A DNA stretch of 64,000 bases from an uncultured Bacteroidota bacterium (lineage in GTDB: Bacteria > Bacteroidota > Bacteroidia > Bacteroidales > SZUA-534), in assembly GCA_946414435.1 (NCBI GenBank), contig CAMKOM010000014.1:2717-66716 (forward strand), written 5' to 3'. The notes beneath the pieces were generated by a model that saw nothing but the letters and a program-made list of their open reading frames with translations, ran no database searches and was not told the DNA's origin. The position numbers and the translations under genes were made by a program. Position 1 is the stretch's first letter. Each line of letters starts with the position of its first letter. This document shows, piece after piece, positions 47,701 to 55,229 of this stretch.

Positions 47701-48935
47701 GCATTCTTCAATAAATCATAGGCATTTAACTGTTTCGAACCTGAGTAATGTGCGACAAAATTCAAATCGAATTGATAAGATTTGTCGTACCCTACATCAA
47801 GTTTCTTTTCCACATCACCCGTCATAGCGATATCGCTTTTCATTTCAACCGTTTGGTTGGTAACGGTCAGCACTGATGCGGGAGCCTCGGTGGCAGGGTC
47901 GCTGGTTCTCGGGCTGTTGGTAACGGTAAGCGTTTCGGTCTTCAGCATGGTGGCTGTGCCCGAAATTTCAACATAGTTGTCGGCGCTTTTGGCGTCGCGG
48001 CCGGTGATCAGGAAGCCGCTGCGGCGCACTTTGCTGTCGCCAAGGTCGTCAACGTAAACGGTTGTCTGGCCGTCGTCAACAGCAAACATATTATTATCAG
48101 CGCTTTTGCTGGCGTCACGGCCTGTGATATAGAATCCGCTGCGGCGTACTTTGTCCTCGCCGTTTGCGTCAACATAGACGGTTGTCCCTTTGCCGTCAAC
48201 TGTTAAGTATTCGTCCTGCCCGCCTTTCGACTCGCGGCCGGTGATGTAGAATCCGCTGCGGCGCACTTTCGAGTCGTCGCCGTCAACATGGATTTGCGTT
48301 CCGTCGGCAGTTACTGAAAAATATTCTTTCTCGGATTCTCCTTTGGAGGCATCACGGCCCACTATAAGGAATCCGCTGCGGCGCGCTTTGTCGCTGTTAT
48401 CGGTATCGTCAACGTAAACCACAATGCCGTTGTCGGTTACGGCAAATACGGGGTTACCGTTGCGGTCGTTCACCTCGAAGAGCGTTGCTCCGTCTTTGGT
48501 GGCACTGCCCACTGTGGCCGCACCGCCACCTTTTGGGGCATACAGCGCGTATGGCGCCGGTGTCAGCTTGGTTTCGCCGAGCAGCTTGTAGTTGGTGCCG
48601 CCTTTCGCATCAACCTCAACTTTAAGGGTGATATCGAGTGTGTTCCAAGGCACATCGGCCATTGAGCCGCTTACTTTGTGTGCTGTCTCGCCAATAATCA
48701 CGCTCACATTGCCATACTGGTCGGGTGTGGCGTTTTGTGTCTCAACATAATAGGTTTTTCCACCGTTCGTCAGGCTGAATTTCAAGCCCACCTTGCCTTG
48801 TGTAACAAGATTTCCTTCACTGTCGCGGATAACTGCCTGATAGGCAAACTGTTCTTGTGCGATAAGTTGCACAGTGGCAACTATGATAAACAATGCTGTT
48901 GCAAATAAGCGTGCAAATATACTTTTCATATTCAT
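44724..48935 (-). CDS. Very large secreted/surface protein: N-terminal tandem RRSGF modules, central DUF1566/FISUMP-like lectin-fold module, C-terminal Pmp-like beta-helix repeats
   Basis: About 1403 aa from the ATG at 48935 (signal peptide MNMKSIFARLFATALFIIVATVQLIAQEQ). LPSGNLWAAYNVGA ... GLQVRPVVHKS module. Five GGG(V/L/I)(Y/F) ... N repeats (GGGLYVGNATV, GGGVYVGNNGEF, GGGVYNNGYF, GGGVFVDDGHF, GGGIFASTQATI). The ORF-track start at 49013 lies at or upstream of the predicted TSS. Confidence 0.75.
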   Translation of the reverse strand: MNMKSIFARLFATALFIIVATVQLIAQEQFAYQAVIRDSEGNLVTQGKVGLKFSLTNGGKTYYVETQNATPDQYGNVSVIIGETAHKVSGSMADVPWNTLDITLKVEVDAKGGTNYKLLGETKLTPAPYALYAPKGGGAATVGSATKDGATLFEVNDRNGNPVFAVTDNGIVVYVDDTDNSDKARRSGFLIVGRDASKGESEKEYFSVTADGTQIHVDGDDSKVRRSGFYITGRESKGGQDEYLTVDGKGTTVYVDANGEDKVRRSGFYITGRDASKSADNNMFAVDDGQTTVYVDDLGDSKVRRSGFLITGRDAKSADNYVEISGTATMLKTETLTVTNSPRTSDPATEAPASVLTVTNQTVEMKSDIAMTGDVEKKLDVGYDKSYQFDLNFVAHYSGSKQLNAYDLLKNAGVEIDENDGNKNYEFCLLYYYGEGSFVNAYDRMHFNSSGAIEKNDNYIINVFSEGSMIGVRCEGSDIHKFSFQFGVQYEDLYATADSPDKGVVLFTVNVTIDKMLYPYTTEKGTAKYLIRWNKPTSYEYYQSQNHPVYGDRDRFDTIQYVFNDYGWNNFEGVTYNKIDYEIDQPFKYLAHINWRTATDYYLSDRLEKSLMAWTRNSNNGYWGYCDNNSGLYDSMKWPLFSLAGVNTSLSAGFSWEFADYSNNYCISGSRYGIDINEITSNGTSTITVNGKPYDVDKYTHSVSVDSTGGNHSGQQTRTFYVYKGVVLQIDLTYSSGATANILKCLEFKEGEAEPSFHRWLKNNGVTDYNNMTSRYDYYLQYDDCDYIDLDLPSGNLWAAYNVGAPTPFDWGDYLAWSETTEKENYSDGITNTQPATEQPFWSWENSESWVVPNNSDWQELVDECLWVWVEGEDGVRIYSSSEFPQNRGKIMYIDDLNGNPDLEMILSGKYIFLPISGNYSGTNISNPSKGLYWASNSTSDGAYCLEFSTSNKQVLTNSKWQGLQVRPVVHKSNKTLYINPSNTGRYPDGSEGNPYKSITEALDVMNDALSSYTLMITGNVEPATITDAYAENFKKITLRGAKGLDSNGVPQDAIVGNISHRPLTVNSGNIIIKNLKLTGGGINPEDPSEPSQIGEGGGLYVGNATVVLDSGAFVMQNAACTTGVSCGGGVYVGNNGEFIMRNSAKICDNTVGGDDFYGEGGGVYNNGYFRLEGGTISGNKGVGKYSYDYYYNGNGYSVYYYTYSRGGGVFVDDGHFEMSGGLITENTIEEPEITEQHDHQEITLGMGGGIFASTQATIIMKDGEIKDNSSSIAPGIIATSKDENGITNLYMSGNSYIDDICLVCMDGGLTIDGDIYIQLDGPLTTKKTMNITCASVNDYWDLEINPTANTVSNNFYLLGGWDRQVVMDAISKFRIINEGYKIVLKENNDYGQKYYYGLVEEQ
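47975..48460. repeat. Four tandem 117-120 bp coding repeats
   Basis: The core ccgctgcggcg recurs at 48016, 48136, 48253 and 48373. Each unit encodes ..VYVDD..D.K(V/A)RRSGF(Y/L)I(T/V)GR(D/E)(A/S)K... Confidence 0.85.
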
Positions 48936-49017
48936 ATGGCTGTATGTTAATTGATTACACAATATTTCAGATTCGATCATAGAGCTTTTCATTTTCTTTT
49001 GTTTTGGTTCCAAGCCT

Positions 49018-49025
49018 CAAAGATA
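49018..49025 (-). promoter_or_regulatory. Candidate -7 promoter box for the large surface-protein gene
   Basis: Minus strand reads TATCTTTG (TAnnTTTG). Confidence 0.4.
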
Positions 49026-49140
49026 CACAAATGTTTAAATAAATGTCGTACCAGCAGAATTCTTTTGCGTCTTTTGGACAAAAAACTGTGATTTTTGTGT
49101 ATTCCGTGAAAATAGCAGCCGCAGACAGTGGATTACGGTT

Positions 49141-50421
49141 TTATTCCATCAAACTTGCTTGTGTATCAACAAGTTTATAGACGCGGTCGCCACGGCGTAC
49201 AAGGCTTGTCACGGCGATTGACAGTGCCTGGCCTTTCACGGCCTCGCCAACGGGTTGCAAATCCACACGCATCTCGCTGATAGTGTGTTCATAAACACCG
49301 GTTGTCTCGCCGATTATCAGCAGTTGGTCGCCAGGGTGCAGCGAACCGCTTTCGAGCGTTATCTCGGCCACGTTCAGTTTGGTGAAAAAATTGGTGCAGC
49401 GCCCCACGTATTCCTTGCGTTTGGTGGCCTTTGAGCCGTACACACCCGACCACTCGCCCAAGCGACGGCCAAGATAGTATCCGTCCCAAAAGCCGCGGTT
49501 AAACACCGTGCGCAGCCGTTCAACAAGTTCGTCGATAAGCGGTTGGCTGTAGGTGCCGTCGCAAATAGCGTCCACGGCGCGGCGGTAGCTCTCGACCACA
49601 GTTTTCACGTACTCTGGGCCGCGTGCGCGACCTTCGATTTTGAGCACACGCACGCCGGCGCGCAGCACTCGGTCAAGAAACGGCAGGGTGCAAAGGTCTT
49701 TGGGCGACATTATGTATTTATCCTCAACCACAAGTTGCTGACCGGTTTCGCAGTCCGTCACCTCGTAGCCCCGACGGCACGGCTGGAAGCACTGTCCGCG
49801 GTTTGCCGATCGTCCGTACTGATGAAGGCTCAGATAGCATTTCCCCGACACGGCCATACACAACGCTCCGTGTGCAAACACCTCAATCTGAACTAGTTCG
49901 CCTTTTGGTCCGCGAATGTTCTGCTCGCTTATGGCGCGGGCTATTGCGGCAACCTGGTCCACGTTCAGTTCGCGGGCGGTGACCACCACGTCGCAGAATT
50001 GCGAAAAAAATCTTACTGCTTCTATGTTGGTGATATTCAGCTGTGTCGATGCGTGCACTTCAACGCCTTTCGACCGCGCGTATTGCAACACCGATAGGTC
50101 GCTGGCGATGATGGCAGTCAGTCCAGCCTCGGCCGCGGCATCGACAATATTGCGCATCAGCTCAAGCTCGGAATCGTAGATTATGGTGTTCACCGTCAGA
50201 TACGATTTTAGGCCGTGCTTCTTGCAGATGCCCACAATGCGGTGCAGGTCGCCGATGGTGAAATTGTTGGCCGAGTGCGACCGCATATTCAGGTTCTCAA
50301 CGCCGAAATAGATTGAGTTGGCACCCGCTTGAATGGCTGCGGCAAGTGACTCGTACGAGCCTACCGGTGCCATAATCTCAATATCGTTGCGGCTGAATTC
50401 CTTTCCAAAAACTGTCTGCAT
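49141..50421 (-). CDS. Peptidase U32 family protein
   Basis: IEIMAPVGSYESLAAAIQAGANSIYFG start and Cys-rich CFQPCRR segment typical of U32. ATG at 50421 preferred over the track start at 50484. Confidence 0.88.
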   Translation of the reverse strand: MQTVFGKEFSRNDIEIMAPVGSYESLAAAIQAGANSIYFGVENLNMRSHSANNFTIGDLHRIVGICKKHGLKSYLTVNTIIYDSELELMRNIVDAAAEAGLTAIIASDLSVLQYARSKGVEVHASTQLNITNIEAVRFFSQFCDVVVTARELNVDQVAAIARAISEQNIRGPKGELVQIEVFAHGALCMAVSGKCYLSLHQYGRSANRGQCFQPCRRGYEVTDCETGQQLVVEDKYIMSPKDLCTLPFLDRVLRAGVRVLKIEGRARGPEYVKTVVESYRRAVDAICDGTYSQPLIDELVERLRTVFNRGFWDGYYLGRRLGEWSGVYGSKATKRKEYVGRCTNFFTKLNVAEITLESGSLHPGDQLLIIGETTGVYEHTISEMRVDLQPVGEAVKGQALSIAVTSLVRRGDRVYKLVDTQASLME

Positions 50422-50425
50422 AGCT

Positions 50426-50452
50426 GAAGGATTGATTGACTGAATGATTGAA
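50426..50452. repeat. 8-nt periodic spacer between the GT9 and U32 genes
   Basis: gaaggatt gattgact gaatgatt (gaa...). gaaggatt is the exact reverse complement of aatccttc at 5893-5900. Confidence 0.6.
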
Positions 50453-51430
50453 TTAGTGAATGGCTGCGGCCACTTCGTCGGCATTGAGCGTATTCATACA
50501 CTTAAAGTGCCCTTTCGGACATTTTTTGAAGCCGATTTTCGAACAGGGGCGGCACTTTAATCCTTTGACTTCGAATATTTTGGAACCATCACCGGCCATA
50601 TACGGGTACATTCCCAATTCGGGCACGGTGTTGCCCCACAGCGACACAATCCGCTTCCTTAGCGCCGCCGCAATGTGCATCATTCCCGTGTCGGGTGTGA
50701 GCACCACGCTGGCACTGCGGATGATAGCCGCCGACTGGTTGATGCTGAACTGCCCCACACCGTTGTGGCACGGCACCTTCAGGCTGCGCTCAATGGCTGC
50801 CGCATTTTCGGCCACATCCTTTCCGCCGATAAGGCAGACTGGTTGTTGCGCAGTATTCAGAATCTGCACCATTTTGTCGGCAGGAATCTGCTTTGTCGGG
50901 TGGGTTGCCCCGATGACGGCACAAACGTAGCCATGTTTAAACTGCTCAGGCAAAACCGTTTCCGGATAATTGTCGAGTTCGCTGGGAATGAAGAAATCAA
51001 GTCCTTGATGGTCGTTCGTAACACTCAGTCGCTTTACTGTGTCAAGATAGCGGTCAACAATGTGAACTTCGGGCATGATGTCGATTTTCAAATGAACTAA
51101 CAGCCATTTGCGTACGTTAATCTTGTTGAACGAGTAAGATTTTATGCCTGCCAACCGCTTGATGGCGAAGGTGCGCAGATTGTGGTGTAAGTCGATGATG
51201 CAGTCGTAGCCGCCGGCGCGAATCTCTTTTATGGTGTCCGTTAATTTTGGCTTGAGCGTCAGCACTTTATCGACATACGGATTGTTGGCGAACAGCCCGG
51301 CAAACTGCGGCTTGGTGAGAAAATGCACTTCGTCGCCATTGTCGCAATGCGCCTTCAGGCAGCGCACCACCGGCGTGGTGAGCACAATGTCGCCTATCGA
51401 ACTGAACCGGATTATCAAGTAACGTTTCAT
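50453..51430 (-). CDS. Glycosyltransferase family 9 (heptosyltransferase-like)
   Basis: MKRYLIIRFSSIGDIVLTTPVVRCLK N-terminus and TPDTGMMHIAAAL motif. ATG at 51430. Confidence 0.85.
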   Translation of the reverse strand: MKRYLIIRFSSIGDIVLTTPVVRCLKAHCDNGDEVHFLTKPQFAGLFANNPYVDKVLTLKPKLTDTIKEIRAGGYDCIIDLHHNLRTFAIKRLAGIKSYSFNKINVRKWLLVHLKIDIMPEVHIVDRYLDTVKRLSVTNDHQGLDFFIPSELDNYPETVLPEQFKHGYVCAVIGATHPTKQIPADKMVQILNTAQQPVCLIGGKDVAENAAAIERSLKVPCHNGVGQFSINQSAAIIRSASVVLTPDTGMMHIAAALRKRIVSLWGNTVPELGMYPYMAGDGSKIFEVKGLKCRPCSKIGFKKCPKGHFKCMNTLNADEVAAAIH

Positions 51431-51487
51431 TGAATTCCGAATGTGCCGCAAAAATAAGTGTGGGCGGGGGAAAATGCAATTATTTTG

Positions 51488-51495
51488 TAACTTTG
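51488..51495 (+). promoter_or_regulatory. Candidate -7 promoter box
   Basis: TAACTTTG ending 6 nt before the ATG at 51502 and 15 nt before the ATG at 51511. Confidence 0.4.
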
Positions 51496-51510
51496 CATTT
51501 TATGTGTGAA

Positions 51511-52380
51511 ATGAAAGACAAAACCATATACAACGAATCTGACAACACCGGATTCACCGTCATCAAGCCGCAATCGAGCCTGCTTGAGCTCAATCTGAAA
51601 GAGCTCTGGCGCTATCGCGATTTGATAAGAATGTACGTCAAGCGTGATATTGTAACTTTCTATAAGCAAACCATTTTAGGTCCGCTGTGGTTCGTCATCC
51701 AACCCGTTCTGACCACGGTTATGTTTATGTTTGTGTTCGGCAATCTGGCCGGAATTTCAACCGACGGCGTGCCGGGCGTGGTTTTCTACTTCAGCGGCAT
51801 CATCATTTGGAACTATTTTGCCGACTGTCTGAACCGTAACTCGCGCACCTTCACCGACAATCAGAATGTGTTTGGCAAGGTTTATTTTCCGCGGCTGGTG
51901 GTGCCAATCTCGGTCACTATCTCGAATCTTGTGCGGCTGGCAATTCAGTTTGTGTTGTTTGTCGGCATCTACATCTATTTTGTTGCCACGGGTGCCAGCA
52001 TAATGCCGAATCTCTACTTGCTTTTGCTGCCGCTGCTGGTTCTGATGACGGCGGGCATCAGTCTGGGCTTCGGAATCATATTTTCGTCACTCACAACCAA
52101 ATACCGCGACCTTACGTTCCTTTTGCAATTTGGTGTGCAGTTGTGGATGTACGCCACGCCAATCATCTATCCGCTCAATAGCATCCCGGCTGGTAAGCAG
52201 TGGCTCATCCAACTGAACCCGATGACGTCGGTAATTGAGACGTTCAAATACGGCGTGCTCGGCTCGGGTGTTTTCTCGTGGGGATGGCTCGGCTATAGCT
52301 TTGCGCTGATGCTATTGCTGTTGCTTGTTGGAATAATGATTTTCAACAAGATAGAAAAGAGTTTTATGGATACGGTGTAG
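51511..52380 (+). CDS. ABC-2 type transporter permease (Wzm/TagG-like polysaccharide exporter)
   Basis: About 289 aa. LWRYRDLIRMYVKRDIVTFYKQTILGPLWFVIQP signature start and 6 TM helices. Alternative start at ATG 51502. The track start at 51430 lies upstream of the promoter box. Confidence 0.8.
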   Translation: MKDKTIYNESDNTGFTVIKPQSSLLELNLKELWRYRDLIRMYVKRDIVTFYKQTILGPLWFVIQPVLTTVMFMFVFGNLAGISTDGVPGVVFYFSGIIIWNYFADCLNRNSRTFTDNQNVFGKVYFPRLVVPISVTISNLVRLAIQFVLFVGIYIYFVATGASIMPNLYLLLLPLLVLMTAGISLGFGIIFSSLTTKYRDLTFLLQFGVQLWMYATPIIYPLNSIPAGKQWLIQLNPMTSVIETFKYGVLGSGVFSWGWLGYSFALMLLLLLVGIMIFNKIEKSFMDTV

Positions 52381-52484
52381 AGAAATAACCGATTCCGCCA
52401 CATTTATTCCAACTTTTCAACAATCGTTTCATTCGTCGAATCATTTTCCTACAATTGCCGACGCAATCAAACAAGGCCGGAAGA

Positions 52485-54473
52485 ATGGGCAAAAACCTAT
52501 ATATTGCAGAGAAACCGAGTGTGGCTCAAGAGTTTGCGAAGGCGCTCAAAGAGGGTATGTCGCGCGGCGACGGCTATCTTGAAGGCGACCGCAGCATTGT
52601 CACGTGGTGCGTGGGCCACCTGGTGACAATGAGCTACCCCGACGCCTACGACCCCACGCTGAAGCGCTGGGACGAGAGCACTCTGCCGTTTCTGCCGCAA
52701 ACCTTTCTGTATGAAGTGATTCCGAGCGTCAGCAAGCAGTTTGGCATTGTGAGCGGGCTGCTCAACCGCGCCGATGTCGATTGCATTTATGTCTGCACCG
52801 ACTCGGGCCGCGAAGGTGAGTACATTTACCGCCTTGTTGACCAAATGGCCAAGGTGCCTGCCGACAAGCAGCGCCGCCGAGTGTGGATTGACTCGCAGAC
52901 CGAAGAGGAGATTTTGCGCGGAATACGCGAGGCCAAGCCGCTCACAGAGTACAACAGCCTCTCCGATGCGGCCTATCTGCGTGCCAAAGAAGACTATCTG
53001 ATGGGTATCAATTTCAGCCGCATTCTCACGCTGAAATATGGCTACACGGTGCGCCGATTCCTGAATCTCGACAAGATTGGCGCCATTGCCGTGGGCCGTG
53101 TGATGACCTGCGTTCTGGGAATGGTGGTGCGCCGTGAGCGCGAAATCAGAGCCTTTGTCAAGACGCCGTTCTACCGCATTATGGGCAACTTCGCTTTAAG
53201 CGAATCCGACTCGTTTTCAGGTGAATGGCGCGCCGTTGAGGGCTCGAAATACTTTGAGTCGCCGCTGCTTTACAAGGAAAACGGATTCCGCCGCCGCGAA
53301 GATGCCGAGCAGTGCATTGCAATGATGCAACAATCTGGCAGCGAGGCTGTTATTGTCAATATCGATAAGAAAAAAGAGAAGAAAAATCCGCCGCTGCTTT
53401 TCAACCTTGCTGAGTTGCAGAACGAGTGCTCGAAACTCTTCAAAGTGAGTCCCGACGAGACTTTGCAGATTGTGCAGGACCTGTACGAGAAGAAGTTGGT
53501 TACCTATCCGCGTACCGATGCGCGCGTGCTGTCGTCGGCAGTGGCGAAGGAAATCACGAAAAATCTGCACGGATTGGCCACTCGCCCTGAATATCTGGAA
53601 CTTACAAAGCAGGTGAAAGAGTACGGGCTCTATGCCACCATTGGCAAGAGCCGCTACACCGACGACAAGCAGATAACCGACCACTACGCCATAATCCCTA
53701 CGGGGCAAGGTTTTCAGGCTCTAGATGGTTGTTCCGAAACGGCGCGAGGCGTTTACGACCGCATTGTCCGCCGCTTTCTGGCGATATTTTTCCCACCTGC
53801 CGAATACAGCAAGGTTAGCATTGAGCTGACGGATGGCACCGAGCATTTCTTCGCCAACTTCAAAATTCTGACTTCGCCTGGCTACCTGACAGTTATGGGT
53901 GACACACCAAAAACCGATGACGACAAGCAGCAGGACGAGGTGCTCGACACCAACCAATTCGAGTTGGTGAGCAAACTTAAAAAAGGCTCTGTGCTGCCCG
54001 TGGCTGGGTACGAGTTGAAAGAGGGCGAGACGTCGCCGCCGAAACGCTACAATTCGGGCTCGCTCATTCTGGCAATGGAAAACGCTGGCCAACTGATTGA
54101 AGACGAGGAACTTCGAGCGCAAATCAAGGGAAGCGGCATTGGCACAAGCGCCACCCGAGCCGAGATTTTGAAAAAGTTGGTGAACATCGATTATCTGAAC
54201 CTGAACAAAAAGACGCAGATTGTAACCCCCGCCAAGTTGGGCGAGATTGTGTATGAGGTTGTTGATGCGTCAATCAGACCGCTGCTAAATGCCGAACTGA
54301 CAGCAAGTTGGGAAAAAGGCCTGACAATGGTTGCAAACGGTGAAATTGGCGAGCAGGAATATTTGGCCAAGCTCGAGGCCTTTGTCCGCAAACTCACCGA
54401 CAGCGTTAAAATGGTGCGGAATCAGGCGTCGCTAACGCCGGCATTCAGCGCGGTGGATGTGTATTACAAGTAA
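52485..54473 (+). CDS. topB: DNA topoisomerase III
   Basis: MGKNLYIAEKPSVA (TOPRIM start), DSGREGE, and a catalytic-Tyr region LVTYPRTDARVL. Confidence 0.9.
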   Translation: MGKNLYIAEKPSVAQEFAKALKEGMSRGDGYLEGDRSIVTWCVGHLVTMSYPDAYDPTLKRWDESTLPFLPQTFLYEVIPSVSKQFGIVSGLLNRADVDCIYVCTDSGREGEYIYRLVDQMAKVPADKQRRRVWIDSQTEEEILRGIREAKPLTEYNSLSDAAYLRAKEDYLMGINFSRILTLKYGYTVRRFLNLDKIGAIAVGRVMTCVLGMVVRREREIRAFVKTPFYRIMGNFALSESDSFSGEWRAVEGSKYFESPLLYKENGFRRREDAEQCIAMMQQSGSEAVIVNIDKKKEKKNPPLLFNLAELQNECSKLFKVSPDETLQIVQDLYEKKLVTYPRTDARVLSSAVAKEITKNLHGLATRPEYLELTKQVKEYGLYATIGKSRYTDDKQITDHYAIIPTGQGFQALDGCSETARGVYDRIVRRFLAIFFPPAEYSKVSIELTDGTEHFFANFKILTSPGYLTVMGDTPKTDDDKQQDEVLDTNQFELVSKLKKGSVLPVAGYELKEGETSPPKRYNSGSLILAMENAGQLIEDEELRAQIKGSGIGTSATRAEILKKLVNIDYLNLNKKTQIVTPAKLGEIVYEVVDASIRPLLNAELTASWEKGLTMVANGEIGEQEYLAKLEAFVRKLTDSVKMVRNQASLTPAFSAVDVYYK

Positions 54474-54664
54474 TTGGTGAATTGTTTGTAGAGACGCGGC
54501 GCGCCACGTCTCTGCTCGAGGGCCGCTATTGAACAGGTTTAAATACGGCAATTAACAATCTGTTTTTCTAATACTTTATCCCAAGAATTATAACAAATCA
54601 CTTTACTCTTTACACCTTAAACTTTACACAAAACAAAACATTTGCACATATCATATAAATACGC

Positions 54665-54672
54665 TATATTTG
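54665..54672 (+). promoter_or_regulatory. Candidate -7 promoter box for rimP-nusA-infB
   Basis: TATATTTG, 64 nt upstream of the rimP ATG. Confidence 0.45.
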
Positions 54673-54696
54673 CAGCGTTTTAGTGGAGAATTGATT

Positions 54697-54725
54697 CAGG
54701 GGGCAAGCAAGTCCCCTGTTTTATT
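54697..54725 (+). promoter_or_regulatory. Terminator-like hairpin in the rimP-nusA-infB leader
   Basis: CAGGGG (54697-54702)/CCCCTG (54713-54718) stem with a 10-nt loop, followed by TTTTATT. Ends 11 nt before the rimP ATG. Confidence 0.4.
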
Positions 54726-54735
54726 ACAGAAAACT

Positions 54736-55200
54736 ATGATAGACAAAAAACAGATTGAAGAGATTGTTCAGAGCCGCATTGCCGACACCGACTTGTTTTT
54801 GGTTGATGTTAAGGTTGATACGCAGAACAACATCACTGTCACGATCGACTCGCCCGAGGGCATTTCGGTTGACACTTGCGTGGAGATGAGCCAATTCATA
54901 GAGTCGCAACTCGACCGCGAGAAGGAGGATTTTGCACTCGAAGTGTCATCGCCCGGCGTGGGGCAGCCGCTCAAAGTGCTGCAGCAGTACACCAAAATCT
55001 TGAACGGCACAGTGGAAGTTCTGCTCAACAACGGTATCAAGCTCAACGGCATTCTGCGCGAGGCCAGCACCGATGGCATCCTGCTCGAATATGAGACCAA
55101 GGAGAAGCCCGAAGGCGCAAAACGTCCCGTAAAGGTCATCAAAACAGAGCCTTACGCATTCAGCGAGATAAAATCAGTAAAAGAGACAATTGTTTTTTAG
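54736..55200 (+). CDS. rimP: Ribosome maturation factor RimP
   Basis: 154 aa. LEVSSPGVGQPLK motif. Immediately upstream of nusA. Confidence 0.88.
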   Translation: MIDKKQIEEIVQSRIADTDLFLVDVKVDTQNNITVTIDSPEGISVDTCVEMSQFIESQLDREKEDFALEVSSPGVGQPLKVLQQYTKILNGTVEVLLNNGIKLNGILREASTDGILLEYETKEKPEGAKRPVKVIKTEPYAFSEIKSVKETIVF

Positions 55201-55229
55201 CATATAATCAAACATAAATAAATATAGAA

